Shown here one piece after another: positions 25,474 through 36,260 of a DNA stretch of 64,000 nt (position 1 is the stretch's first letter; each line of letters starts with the position of its first letter). The notes beneath the pieces are model-generated. The model was not told where the DNA came from and made no database searches. It saw only the letters and a program-made list of their open reading frames with translations. Origin of the DNA: Chrysemys picta bellii. Lineage: Eukaryota. Both the position numbers and the translations under genes were made by a program. Location of the stretch: contig NC_088791.1 of NCBI RefSeq assembly GCF_011386835.1, positions 90,954,001 to 91,018,000 of the forward strand, given 5' to 3'.

Positions 25474-25596
25474 GGGCTTGTCTACACATAGTTATTCCCA
25501 ATTCCATGGATGGACACCCTTATTCTAGAATTAGAGTCTACGCATGGAGTTAATTAGGAATAGCTAATCAGGAATAACTCCATGTGTAGACCAGCC
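25474..25596. mobile_element. Short Harbinger-type MITE
   Basis: GGGCTTGTCTACACA...TGTGTAGACCAGCC, flanked by TTA on both sides. Confidence 0.7.
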
Positions 25597-25650
25597 TTAG
25601 ATAAGGGCTGGTTATTTTTGTTTTTATCTTCTTGCCACCACCTCTCACTT

Positions 25651-25780
25651 GAATTTAGGCTTCTAGATAAGAGATTGAAGTGCATGACGTCCATGGTCGC
25701 ATTCTTTGAAATGCTTCCCCTTCCACACGCAGGGTCAGTTAGACAGAACTGCAGGGTATCAATGCATGGACTTGAGCTCT
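25651..25780 (+). mobile_element. Isolated internal fragment of CR1 ORF1 (esterase domain)
   Basis: FRLLDKRLKCMTSMVAFFEMLPLPHAGSVRQ matches 61655-61770 of the CR1 ORF1 in this window. Confidence 0.8.
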
Positions 25781-26469
25781 GAGAGTCATTCATTCAATAC
25801 ATTGGGGGAAAAAATAGAGGGACCCATTCGTGAGGACTAGGGCTTTTTTCAGCCTAGTCCAAAAAGCAAATATGAAAAGTGTGGATAAGGAGGATACCCT
25901 CATTATGATGTAGGCCAGTGTTTCCCAACTGATGCCCCATCATGCCCGAACAGGTGTGCCGCAGAATTTTTTTAAAAACTAAAATAGGGGAAAGCCACCT
26001 TCTGATTGGCTGTCTGCCTCACTGGCCCGCCTTCTCAATGGATGGAGCAACCAATCAGAACTCAGTCTCCCTCTCTTCCCCCATCCCCTCCTGTGAGAGC
26101 AAGCTGTCCGCTCCCTTGCCCCTTCCCTGCCCTTCTGCAGCTGCCGGCCAGGAGGTGGTGGGGGAGAGCCCCTGGAGCTCCAGGTGGGCTACAGCAGAGA
26201 AAAGGTTGGGAACCAGTGATGTAGGCACAGTGGAAGATCCTAGGGGCTTGTTAGAGCTGGGAACATGAAGAGGTAGCAGTGCTTCTCCCCACTTTCTTCT
26301 ACAGCCCCTAACTTGCCTCAACACAAGAACATAAGTGGCTCCTGTTGATTGCATGTAAAGTCTTAAGTATCTGGCACTTCTGAAAATCATGCCCGATGAG
26401 CACAGTCTCTCCCATTCTCATTTCCTTTCCGCTTACTTATCCAATTTATCATTCCTCTCCATTGACTGA

Positions 26470-26735
26470 GGCTTGGAATACATTTACAACTAATATTGGT
26501 GTAGATGTGTTGGTCAGGGGTGTGAAAAATCCACATCCTTGACTTGCATAGCTATGTTGACAGAACCCCCAGTGTAGATGCAGCTCTGGCAACAGAAGAG
26601 TGCTTCTTTCAGCATAGCTAATGTTTTTTGGTGAGGTGGTGTTGCTACACTGACAGAAAAAAAGCCTTCTATCCGTGTACGCTCGTTTATATTAGGGGGC
26701 TATGCTGATGTAGGGTTTATGGTGTGGACCTAGCT
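26470..26735. mobile_element. Degenerate Harbinger-type MITE
   Basis: Decayed ends GGCTTGGAATACAT / GTGTGGACCTAGCT and internal GTGTAGAT repeats. Confidence 0.4.
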
Positions 26736-28042
26736 TGTCTCATTCTCCCTCTTCTTGTTTTCCATACCTCGGATTATTACCTCCCCTCTACCACTCACTC
26801 TTTCACTGTCTTCTTTGACAGATCTTCTGTTGAGAGAGAGAAAATGGGTATACTGCTCATGGGGAAACCTGCAGCATGAGTTTGGCATGGTCAAATTACT
26901 GTTGTCACTCCTTATACATTGGACCAGGGCAAAGAAACCTCTGTGCAGGGGTGTGTTTTTTTTTTTAAAGTGGGCAGGATACAGTATTTTGTTCTTGGTG
27001 CCCTTGTTTTTTCCTCTCATTCCTGTTACCTGAAGCCACAGCCTGGGTTACGCTATTATGGAGCTTCTTTCGGGTGTAAGTTGTGCAGTATTTACAATGT
27101 GTATAAACAGACCTGCTCTAGCTTCTGATTGAGCAGTGGACTTAGATAGTGGAGTGAGATAGGAAGCCAGAAGAATGATGGCATGTGGGAGAGCACAGAG
27201 AACTGGAGGATGCATGTGGAAAGCAGAGGTGCAGAGGAAAAACTGAGGGAAACGTGGCTGGTAGAGAAAGATGGAGTCTTTTTTTTATTAATGTTTAAAA
27301 TATTTTAAACATTTAATTTTTGAGATAAAACTTTTAATCAGTTATTTTTCCATGTATTTAAAACCCTCCATCCTTTGTTCTCCAAATATTCTTTTCCCCA
27401 CCATCCTTTCCACGTGCCTCCTCTGGGTGTGCTAAAGTCGCCTATTAAGATCTGTCAGGACCAGGATATCCTCCTGTTGACTTTATATGCCAACCAGCTT
27501 TTAAACTTTTAGTGCTGTTTGGGTGAGATGAGAGAGAAGAATGCCAAATGTAGCTAGTGAAATTTGAAAGCTTTCACTGGTGTATAGTTAACTAACACCT
27601 CTTACATTTTCTTTATTTTTAACGGCGCATACTTAAAAAAAAGAGAAGAAATGAACAGTTTGTCCTGCCAATTTCCAATTGATGTATAAGTCTTCAACAC
27701 TCGTTCTCACCCCACTCAACCTTTAATTCTGTCCCCTGTAACTCTCAACCAAATTAGGTAATAAAATCCCATTTCCTATTCAAGGAATCCAATTCTAATA
27801 TACAACACCTAACCTATACTGCAACATTAATATAGAAAAACTGTATTAGTTACTGCATAACTTAGTTTAGTAGTTCTCAACTTTATTTGTATTATAGTGG
27901 CTAGAAGGAGTCGCAGTATTGTGGCAGCATGTAGGACTCCTAGTCATGAACCAGGCAAGGCACTATATACACAGAGAACAAAGACTTGATGCCACAGATC
28001 ACTCTTGAAAAGAAAAATAAAAGGTGGACCACTGATCATATA

Positions 28043-28597
28043 TTAATAGATTAATAGATTCTAGGACTGGAAGGGACCTCGAGAGGTCATCGAGTCTAGT
28101 CTCCTGCCCGCATGGCAGGACCAAATACTGTCTAGACCATCCCTGATAGACATTTATCATAACCTACTCTTAAATATCTCCAGAGATGGAGATTCCACAA
28201 CCTCCCTAGGCAATTTATTCCAGTGTTTAACCACCCTGACAGTTAGGAACTTTTTCCTAATGTCCAACCTAGACCTCCCTTGCTGCAGTTTAAGCCCATT
28301 GCTTCTTGTTCGATCCTTAGAGGCTAAGGTGACCAAGTTTTCTCCCTCCTCCTTAGGACACCTTTTTAGATACCTGAAAACTGCTATCATGTCCCCTCTC
28401 AGTCTTCTCTTTTCCAAACTAAACAAACCCAATTCTTTCAGCCTTCCTTCATAGGTCATGTTCTCAAGACCTTTAATCATTCTTGTTGCTCTTCTCTGCA
28501 CGCTCTCCAATTTCGCCACATCTTTCTTGAAATGGGTGCCCAGAACTGGACACAATACTCCAGCTGAGGCCTAACCAGCGCAGAGTAGAGCGGAAGT
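28043..28597 (-). mobile_element. 5'-truncated CR1 LINE 3' end (different subfamily from the 6.8 kb and 31.5 kb copies)
   Basis: ORF 28157..28555(-) [23 protein letters not shown]...[12 protein letters not shown]...RTRSNGLKL. It has an 8-bp tandem tail (TTAATAGA)2 at 28043-28058. Confidence 0.95.
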
Positions 28598-28839
28598 ATG
28601 TAACTTTATATCAGTTTATTCCATTAACAATTAAATTTAAAGTGGTTATGCATTTAGATTTTAAAATACAATGGCCACCATGTAATGTGATCAATATGGT
28701 GCATGAGATAACTGATGGTACAAGTTCTTCAAGTATGTATCAGTGTGGACTGCACTGTGTGCATGATCAGATTTTACCTAACTATCAGTGTCTGTCAGTG
28801 GTACCTGTCTGTGTGCATTGTGTTGTTGTATGAGGATAT

Positions 28840-31150
28840 AATCAGTTTCCTCTGATGGCCTGTGGCAGTGAGACACTGTGGCTAGTGTCTGACCTGTTAG
28901 TTCTTAGTGCAGGTTAGATTCCTTAAAAAAATCCTCAAAACCACTTTTGATCTTCTGTGAACTGATTGACTATTGTACTGAACTTCCCTTGTCAGACTGC
29001 CCTGTACACCCCCTGGTATACACACCCTTGTACAGGGTTTCTGTAATGGCACATTCAAAATCTGCAGGCTTCAAGCCCTGTCCATTCTGCAATGGACTAC
29101 TTCCCCTTAAAAATGAACACAGTAGGTCTGCTTCTGTCTGGGAGAATCCCATGTTCAGAGCAGATGTTTGGTATGCTTATTCTCTGCGAGGAATCATAAG
29201 TTGCAGGATGTGAGGCTGAAGTTCCAGTTTCTGGAACAGTCCATGAAAGTCTTGTCAGACCCAGAGAAAGAGAGCTCCAAAGTCGTCCTAATGAACAAGG
29301 CCCATGTCCCCTAGTACCCCATTGAGCAGACAGGTGACTAACTCCACCATGGAGAAGTAGGTACCAAGGAAGAACTAACACTGACCTTAGCATTGGGATC
29401 TGCATCAGCACAGTCCAAATCCTGATAGACAGCACATTGGTGTTGCACCATGTAAAAGCCTTGCAGGCGCTCTATTATACTCTTGATACCTGGAAGCTAT
29501 CATGTTCTGGGAATGGTGTCATCAGTGTGGGCAGACTCCAATAGCTGTACACCTTCCAGAAGTCAGCAATGACTGAACAGACTTTCTAAGCAAAAATGTG
29601 GGAGACTCCCACTATAGACTTGTTTGCTGACACCAAGTGCCAGAACTTAGGTTCCAGAGGAGGAGTGAGCCCACGCTCCCTGTCAGATGCCTTCCTCCTT
29701 TGATGGTCTTGAAGCCTCCTGTGTGCTTTACCATTTGTTCCTCTGAGTGCTGAGATACTAGTCAAAATCAGATGGGACAAGACCTCAGTCAGCATGATAG
29801 CCAAAACTGGCTTGGCCAGTATGGGGCTATTTGATCCGCTGCAGATGTCCGAATGGCCTGCCATACATCTTCCAGCTTACTGGAAATAACATCTCAGAAC
29901 CACCGTAAAATGCTTCACCTGGACCCACAGTTATTGCATCTGACAGTCTTGATATTGGCTGGTTGAGCAACAGCAACAGACTGTTCCCTGTAGGTTCAGG
30001 AAGCCCTTATACAAAGCAGAAAACCTTCCAGCAGGAAAACATACTCAAAACTGAGAAGATTCTTCATTTAGGGAACTTGGAGTATTAATCCAGTGGAGGC
30101 CCCAATACCAAAGTTCCTGGACTATATCCTCCTCCTGCAACATGCAGGACTAGCGTTTAACTCTTTTAGAATCCTCACTGCAATATTATGTCACACTAGC
30201 ACAGTTGCACTCTATTCTCACACTTCACAGTATCAAAATTCTTCAAGAGCCTTCTTCACACTTACCTTCCAGTCAGAGACCCAACTCTCATGGTACCTCC
30301 GTGTCCGTCTCAAGTTTATGGAGCCTCTTCTAAAATTGTTGTCTGAGTGCTCAATACGTTACCTTACCATCAGATCAGCATGGAGGGTCACTTCACTCCA
30401 AGCTCTTCTGGCTGGGCTGCCTTATACATATTTTCACAGAGACAAAGTAGTGACGAAACCATACCTCAAATTCCACCCTAAGGTGGTCTCAGAATTCCAC
30501 CTGAACCAGTCTATTACCCTGATAGTATTCATCTCAAAGCAGCACTCAATGCTGGGAGAAGACAAGCTCCATACTCTGGAGGTTTCCAGAGCCTTCCTTA
30601 GGCCTGTTGAGATAATAGAGCTTTTTAGGCTCTCTTCCCACCTATTTGTGGCCATATTAGGCACATTAAAAGGTCAGATTACCTCATTGCAGAGAGTCTC
30701 TTGCTGTGTGGAAATATAGTGGATTACTGATATCAGCTGGCTGTTGAGACTCCCCCTCCGAATGTCAAGGCACACTTCCCCAGGGCACAGGCCTAATCTT
30801 CTGCCTGCTTCAGAAATGTGCGTGTCTTTGAAATATGCAAGGCAGTTACATGAAGCAACCTGCTAACTGTGCACTTGACAGGGTAGCCAGGATAGGTGCT
30901 AAGCTCAGGAGAGTGGTAGTTCAATCCTTTGATATAGCTATAACTCTTCACTCCTATCGTCCAGGGAGGATATTGCTTGCCAGTCATCTACAGTGGGATC
31001 CACACTGACACCTAAGGACAGAGAACAGTTTACTTTCTGGTAAATTGGTTCTTTGAGATGTTGTCATTCATGTGACTCCCACAATGCACCCTATATTTCT
31101 GCTTTTTGGTGGTCTCAGCAATATGGATTTAGAGTTGCGAGGGAACTGAG
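28840..31150 (+). mobile_element. Old, internally deleted DIRS-like element (ORF1 N-terminus, RNase H end / methyltransferase-like region, tyrosine recombinase, 3' terminal region)
   Basis: GFKPCPFC at ~29065 resembles the DIRS ORF1 start. PTIDLFA...DAFLL...KI-DK at 29610-29800 resembles the MT-like domain. ORF 30093..30719 (KFHPKVVSEFHLNQSI...KLHTLEVSRA...LFV) and AHFPRAQA at 30770 are decayed YR motifs. Confidence 0.75.
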
Positions 31151-32090
31151 ACTGGTTGCTTTGCACACATTCTTTTAATAAAGTAAGAGTGACCATCATA
31201 TTTTAAAGATTAGTGTAGATGATTTTCAGCCAACCAATTGGGTGGACCACTAATAACTTGACTATGGACCGCTAGTGGTCTCCATCTCATGGATTGAGAG
31301 TCATTGACCACCAATATGGTTACAGGTATAAATTTGCAAAAATCTGCATAGGCTTACATAAACCTACAATCAATAGACATATTACAGGTCAATCATTGCA
31401 GTTAATATACTTTTTTCTCTCTAACATATCACTGTGTGAGAACTGATAGAATTCTGTCCCTAATGTATGCTTGTACTCTGTTCCTTTCATTGGGATAAGA
31501 GGCAAGGTTCTCTTATGGATTGGTAATTGGCTAAAAGATAGGAAACAAAGGGTAGGGATAAATGGGCAGTTTTCAGAATGGAGAGAGGTACTTAGTGGTG
31601 TCCCCCAGGGATCTGTACTGGGCCCAGTCCCATTTAACATATTCATAAACGATCTGGAAAAAGGGGTAAACAATGAGGTGGTAAAATTTGCAGATGATAC
31701 AAAACTACTCAAGATAGGTAAGTCCCAGGCGGACTGTGAAGAGCTACAAAAGGATCTCACAAAACTGGGTGACTGGGCAACAAAATGGCAGATGAAATTT
31801 CATGTTGATAAATGCAAAGTAATGCACATTGGAAAACATAATCCTAACTATACATATACAGTGATGGGGCCTAAATTAGCTGTTACCACTCAAGAAAGAG
31901 ATGTTGGAGTCATTGTGGATAGTTCTCTGAAAACATCCACTCAATGTGCAGCAGCAGTCAAAAAAAGCAAACAATGTTGGGAATCATTAGCCAAAGGGTC
32001 AAGTATCAGAGGGGTAGCCGTGTTAGTCTGAATCTGTAAAAAGCAACAGAGGGTCCTGTGGCACCTTTGAGACTAACAGAAGTACTGGGA

Positions 32091-32131
32091 GCATAAGCTT
32101 TCGTGGGTAAGAACCTCACTTCTTCAGATGC
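32091..32131 (-). ncRNA. Mirror-image minimal hammerhead ribozyme motif in the left arm
   Basis: Exact reverse complement of 32231-32271. Confidence 0.7.
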
Positions 32132-32230
32132 AAGTAATGGAAATCTCCAGAGGCAGGTATATATCAGTGTGGAGATAACCTCGTTATCTCCACACTGATA
32201 TATACCTGCCTCTGGAGATTTCCATTACTT

Positions 32231-32271
32231 GCATCTGAAGAAGTGAGGTTCTTACCCACGAAAGCTTATGC
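32231..32271 (+). ncRNA. Minimal hammerhead ribozyme motif (Penelope-associated)
   Basis: Stem I GCAU/AUGC, core CUGAAGA (32235-41), stem II GUG-A-GGU-UCUU-ACC-CAC, GAAA (32260-63), and a short palindromic stem III AGCU. Confidence 0.7.
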
Positions 32272-34244
32272 TCCCAGTACTTCTGTTAGTCTCAAAGGTG
32301 CCACAGGACCCTCTGTTGCTATTAGCAAAGGGATGGATAAAGACAGAAAATATCATATTGCCTCTATATAAATCCATTGTACGCCCACATCTTGAATACT
32401 GTGTGCAAATGTGGTCGCCCCATCTCAAAAAAGCTATATTGGAATTGGAAAAGGTTCAGAAAAGGGCAACAAAAATGATTAGGGGTATAGAACGGCTTCC
32501 GTACGAGGAGAGAGTAATAAAACTGAGACTTTTCAGTTTGGAAAAGAGGTGACTAAGGGGGGATAAAATCATGAGTGGTATAGAGAAAGTAAATAAGGAA
32601 GTGTTATTTACTCTCTCTCATAATACAAGAACAAGGGGCCACCAAATGAAATTAATAGGTAGCAGGTTTAAAACAAACACAAGAAAGTATTTTTTCGCAC
32701 AACACACTGTCAGCCTCTGGAACTCCTTGTCAGAGGGCGTTGTGAAGGCCAATACTATAACGGGGTTCCAAAGGGACCTAGATAGATTCATAGAAGATAG
32801 GTCCATCAATGGCTATTAGCCAGGATGGGCAGGAATGGTGTCCCTAGCCTGTGTTTGCCAGAAACTGGGATTGGGTGACAGGGCATGGATCACTTGATGA
32901 TAACCTGTCTGTTCAATCCCTTTGGGGAACCTGCCATTGGCCACCGTCAGAGGACGGGATACTGGGCTTGATGGACCTTTGGTCTGACCCAGTATGGCCG
33001 TTCTTATGTTCTTATTGCATTTAATATGCAAAATCAACAGTATACATGGAACAATACACTTCCTTTGCAGAATAAAGCAAGGGGGCAAATCTAAGGTTGG
33101 GTGTAATTTCGCTCAGGGTGACAGTGAGTAATAAAGGAACATGTAGCAATAAGGGTACTGGTTGGATCATTTAATTCATTGTTACCCAAATTTTTGAAAG
33201 CTGAGGCCCACCCCCGCAGGAAAATGAAACTAGTTGTCACCTTGCCCACCTCATTGTGTTCTTAAAGGCCTACTAATATTTTAGAAAATTTAAATTGTAT
33301 TTTAAGATGTATTCTTAAATTCTCACTTTAAGGAATTGTGTTTTCAGTATTGGATGTTAAGAAATAGTTGAATACAAGTCATTTTTTAAAAATTAAAAGT
33401 GTTATATTTCAAGCTTACAACGATATTACTTTACTAAATAATTACCATTCAAAATGTTATGTTCTTTCTAACAAAACCTCTCACACGGGTTGGCTCTAGT
33501 GTGGTCCTTTGTCTTGTCTTCCCTTCAGTGGGGCTCAGATGCCATGCTGGGATTCTTGAGCTGGAGCTGCTTCTTGACTTGAGGGCAAAAAATAAGTGGT
33601 CGTGTTTCCCAAACTCACCTACTTGTGGCACCAAAACGAGCAGTCACAGAGTAAACTGTGTAGAATTTCATTCATATTTTGAGCAATGAAATAATTAACA
33701 AAGTTGACATGAATGGGGCAGTTCACACCTCAGCTGTTGTTTCAAATTCTGCAAACCTAGCCAGACAGAACCGGTGCATCTTGTCTTCATGAGTCTGCAA
33801 ATATTCTGTATCAGTAGCAGTTAGCCGTGAACTATGCCATTTATTCAAATGAGATGTTAACTCTAAGGATGATAATTAAAGTCAACATTAACTGAAAAGT
33901 CACCATAAATAATATATTCTTCACTTGCTGCCTACTGTGTTCTTGTACAAATGAGTCACAATAGTCAGAGTCCATAGTTTAAAGAAAAGTTGAATGCAAA
34001 AAAAAGTCTTCCTTACATTACACATACAGTTGTGTTAAATGTAACTAGCCTCTGATATGCTCCCTCTTGAATTCTCCTTTGACATAGTTACAGCTAATGC
34101 AAGTCAGAGCATCCCCATACCACCATTTTTAGCACAGCTGTCTTGGGCTGTGCTTACATCAACATATTCTGGGAAAATCTGGGCAACTACCCTATACTAG
34201 TGCAGTAATTGATAAGTAGAGCAGAGAGGTGTCTGGCTGTATGT

Positions 34245-34531
34245 GACCTTGCCCCCACTGGCGCTGTACAGCGCTGCAACTTGCTGCGCTCAGGGGTGTG
34301 AAAACGCCCTCCCCCCCCCCCAGCGCAGCGAGTACAGCGCTGTAAAGCGCCAGTGTAATCAGAGCCTGCAGTGCTGCACGCTCACTCGCAGCGCTGCAAG
34401 CTATTCCCCTCGGAGAGGTGGAGCTCTCGCAGCGCTGCGAGAGAGCTCTCGGAGCACTGGCGGTGCGACTGCACTCGCGCTTCACAGCACTGCTGCGGCA
34501 GCGCTGGGAAGTCCTGAATGTAGCCAAGGCC
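34245..34531. mobile_element. Harbinger-type MITE, same family as 20363-20576, in opposite orientation
   Basis: Right TIR TGTAGCCAAGGCC intact and left TIR decayed (GACCTTGCCCCCACTG). Internal GCAAGCTATTCCCCTCGGAGAGGTGGAG is the reverse complement of the 20.4 kb copy. TGT flanks both ends. Confidence 0.8.
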
Positions 34532-34768
34532 TGTGTTCTTTTTTTTTTTTTTTTTTTTTGGTTTGTTCTTAAATACAGTACCTTTTGGGATGTTCTTTCA
34601 CATACTGACCTTGGCAGTAAAAGGGCTGACTAACTTAGGTAATGAGAGATGGTTGGCCAGTCTCATCTACACAGCAGAATTGTTAGAACATGGTTAAATC
34701 CTGTATATTACAGCCATGATCACAGGCAAGGTCAAAACATGGTACTTCCATGTATCTGAGCTCATGTG

Positions 34769-35131
34769 TAAGGCTACGATGTAGTCATGGGTATTTTTAA
34801 TAAAAGTCACGGACAGGTCATGGGCAATAAACAAAAATTCACAGCCCGTGAAGTGAGCAGTCCGTGACTTGTATTAAAAATACCTGTGATTAAATTGGGG
34901 GGTGGGTGGGAGAGGGGAGCACGTCTGGGACCAGCGGCATCAGTTGCTGGGGGCTTCCGGCTGCCCCATGACCGTTGCCGGGGAAGCCTCTGGGGAGAGG
35001 GGGGGTCCAGGGCCAGTGGCATCAGCTTCCAGGGACCGCTGGAGCAGCTGGCCCCTGCAGAATTCACAGAGGTTGCAGAAAGTCACAGAATCCGTGACTT
35101 CTGCGACCTCCATGACAGACAAGGAGCCCTA
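34769..35131. mobile_element. hAT-like MITE
   Basis: TAAGGCTAC...GGAGCCCTA ends, subterminal TCACGGA/TCCGTGA repeats and a GC-rich core. No clean TSD seen. Confidence 0.55.
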
Positions 35132-36084
35132 CTTGTGTTAATATGTTGTATGTAGGATAAGTATTACCATTTGTTTATAAACTTCAGTAAACCAAACCAG
35201 ACCCATAGTGTAGATGAGCTCTAAGACACATTTTGGATCGTCTCATATCCCATACTCCCCTGGGCTACCTTTTGGAGCAGGGTTCAGATAGTAGCTTGGG
35301 TCACTCTACATCTTACAGCAAATAATTTAGTAGTATTGATAATGGGGCAAGTTGCTTCTCTGCACATAAATAATGAGTATGAAGACAGTATGCTTTCATA
35401 AATTATTCACTGATCACCCACCACAGTTAGTGGTTTTCTTTTCTTTTCCTTTGTTCCTACCACTCTGAATTTTGGCTACTGGATATCGGGGGAGTGTATT
35501 GAGGAGAGGAGGGAAGTGAGGTTAACTCGTTGAAGGTAGTCTGTCATGTCACTTTTGATTTCCCTGGATGAGTGTGATGCTGGGGACTATAATCACATAT
35601 GGCAAATGGTGAGCCTGTAGTGACAGGGCTGGATGCACCTGGGGATGAAGGTGTATGTTTAACAGTGGATAGAGAGCTGTACTGAGGATTGGTTTCTCAC
35701 TGTGAATAAAGATAAATGGGCAGGGTAGGTATATAACACTACAGGTATGTATGTATGTGTGCTGGCAGTCAGAATACGAGTAAGGGTGGATTTGGTGGGA
35801 CATATGTGGCTGCTGGTAGAGGTGGTCATATCAAAAAGGGGTGTAGCTTGTTTGTGTGGGATGGAAGGCTGAGAGTCCCTGCTGGATACAGATTGGGGCA
35901 GGAGTGCAGATCTGGGGCAATGGATGTGCAGATGGATGTGAGCTGTGTGGGAGTGTATTTGATTGTGTGGGAGTCTGCAGTCAGAAACTGGTATGTCATC
36001 CTTTTTGACCTCCTGTAAATAGAGAAGGAAGTGGTAGCTGAGACTTATGTAATAAGTAAAGCTGGAACTGCTGAACAGGTGTAA

Positions 36085-36260
36085 TGATATGAGTATAGAT
36101 TATTGTACCAGGTGTATGTTTTGGCTTTTTAAAATGGTTCCAGTTAGGTTTTATCCAAGCCAGTATAACCCACCCTGTAGCGGGGGGAACAAAAAAAGGA
36201 ATTTATAAGCCTCTACTTATATAGAGGTGGATAGCTGCAGTCTACCTGGACATGTCTTCT
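36085..36260 (+). repeat. Copy 1 of an unclassified ~175-bp duplicated block
   Basis: Shares TTTTGGCTTTTTAAAA-ATGGT, TTTATCCAAGCCA-TATAA and an identical 30-mer with 45075-45255. Confidence 0.8.

Larger units (their letters stand above)
32004..32320. mobile_element. Young Penelope-like element terminal insertion with a perfect 138-bp inverted duplication
   Basis: 32042-32179 is the exact reverse complement of 32183-32320, with a 3-nt spacer. Host sequence ATTAGC(C)AAAGGG is duplicated at 31986-31998 and 32321-32332. The TATCAGAGGGGTAGCCGTGTTAGTCTG end is the terminus I recognise from reptile Penelope-like repeats. Confidence 0.85.
31487..33015 (+). mobile_element. 5'-truncated CR1 LINE (RT and 3' UTR) interrupted by a Penelope-like insertion
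   Basis: ORFs 31471..32031 (SGVPQGSVLGP, KFADDTKL), 32268..32552 and 32571..32819. Tail TTCTTATG-TTCTTAT at 33001-33015. Confidence 0.95.
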
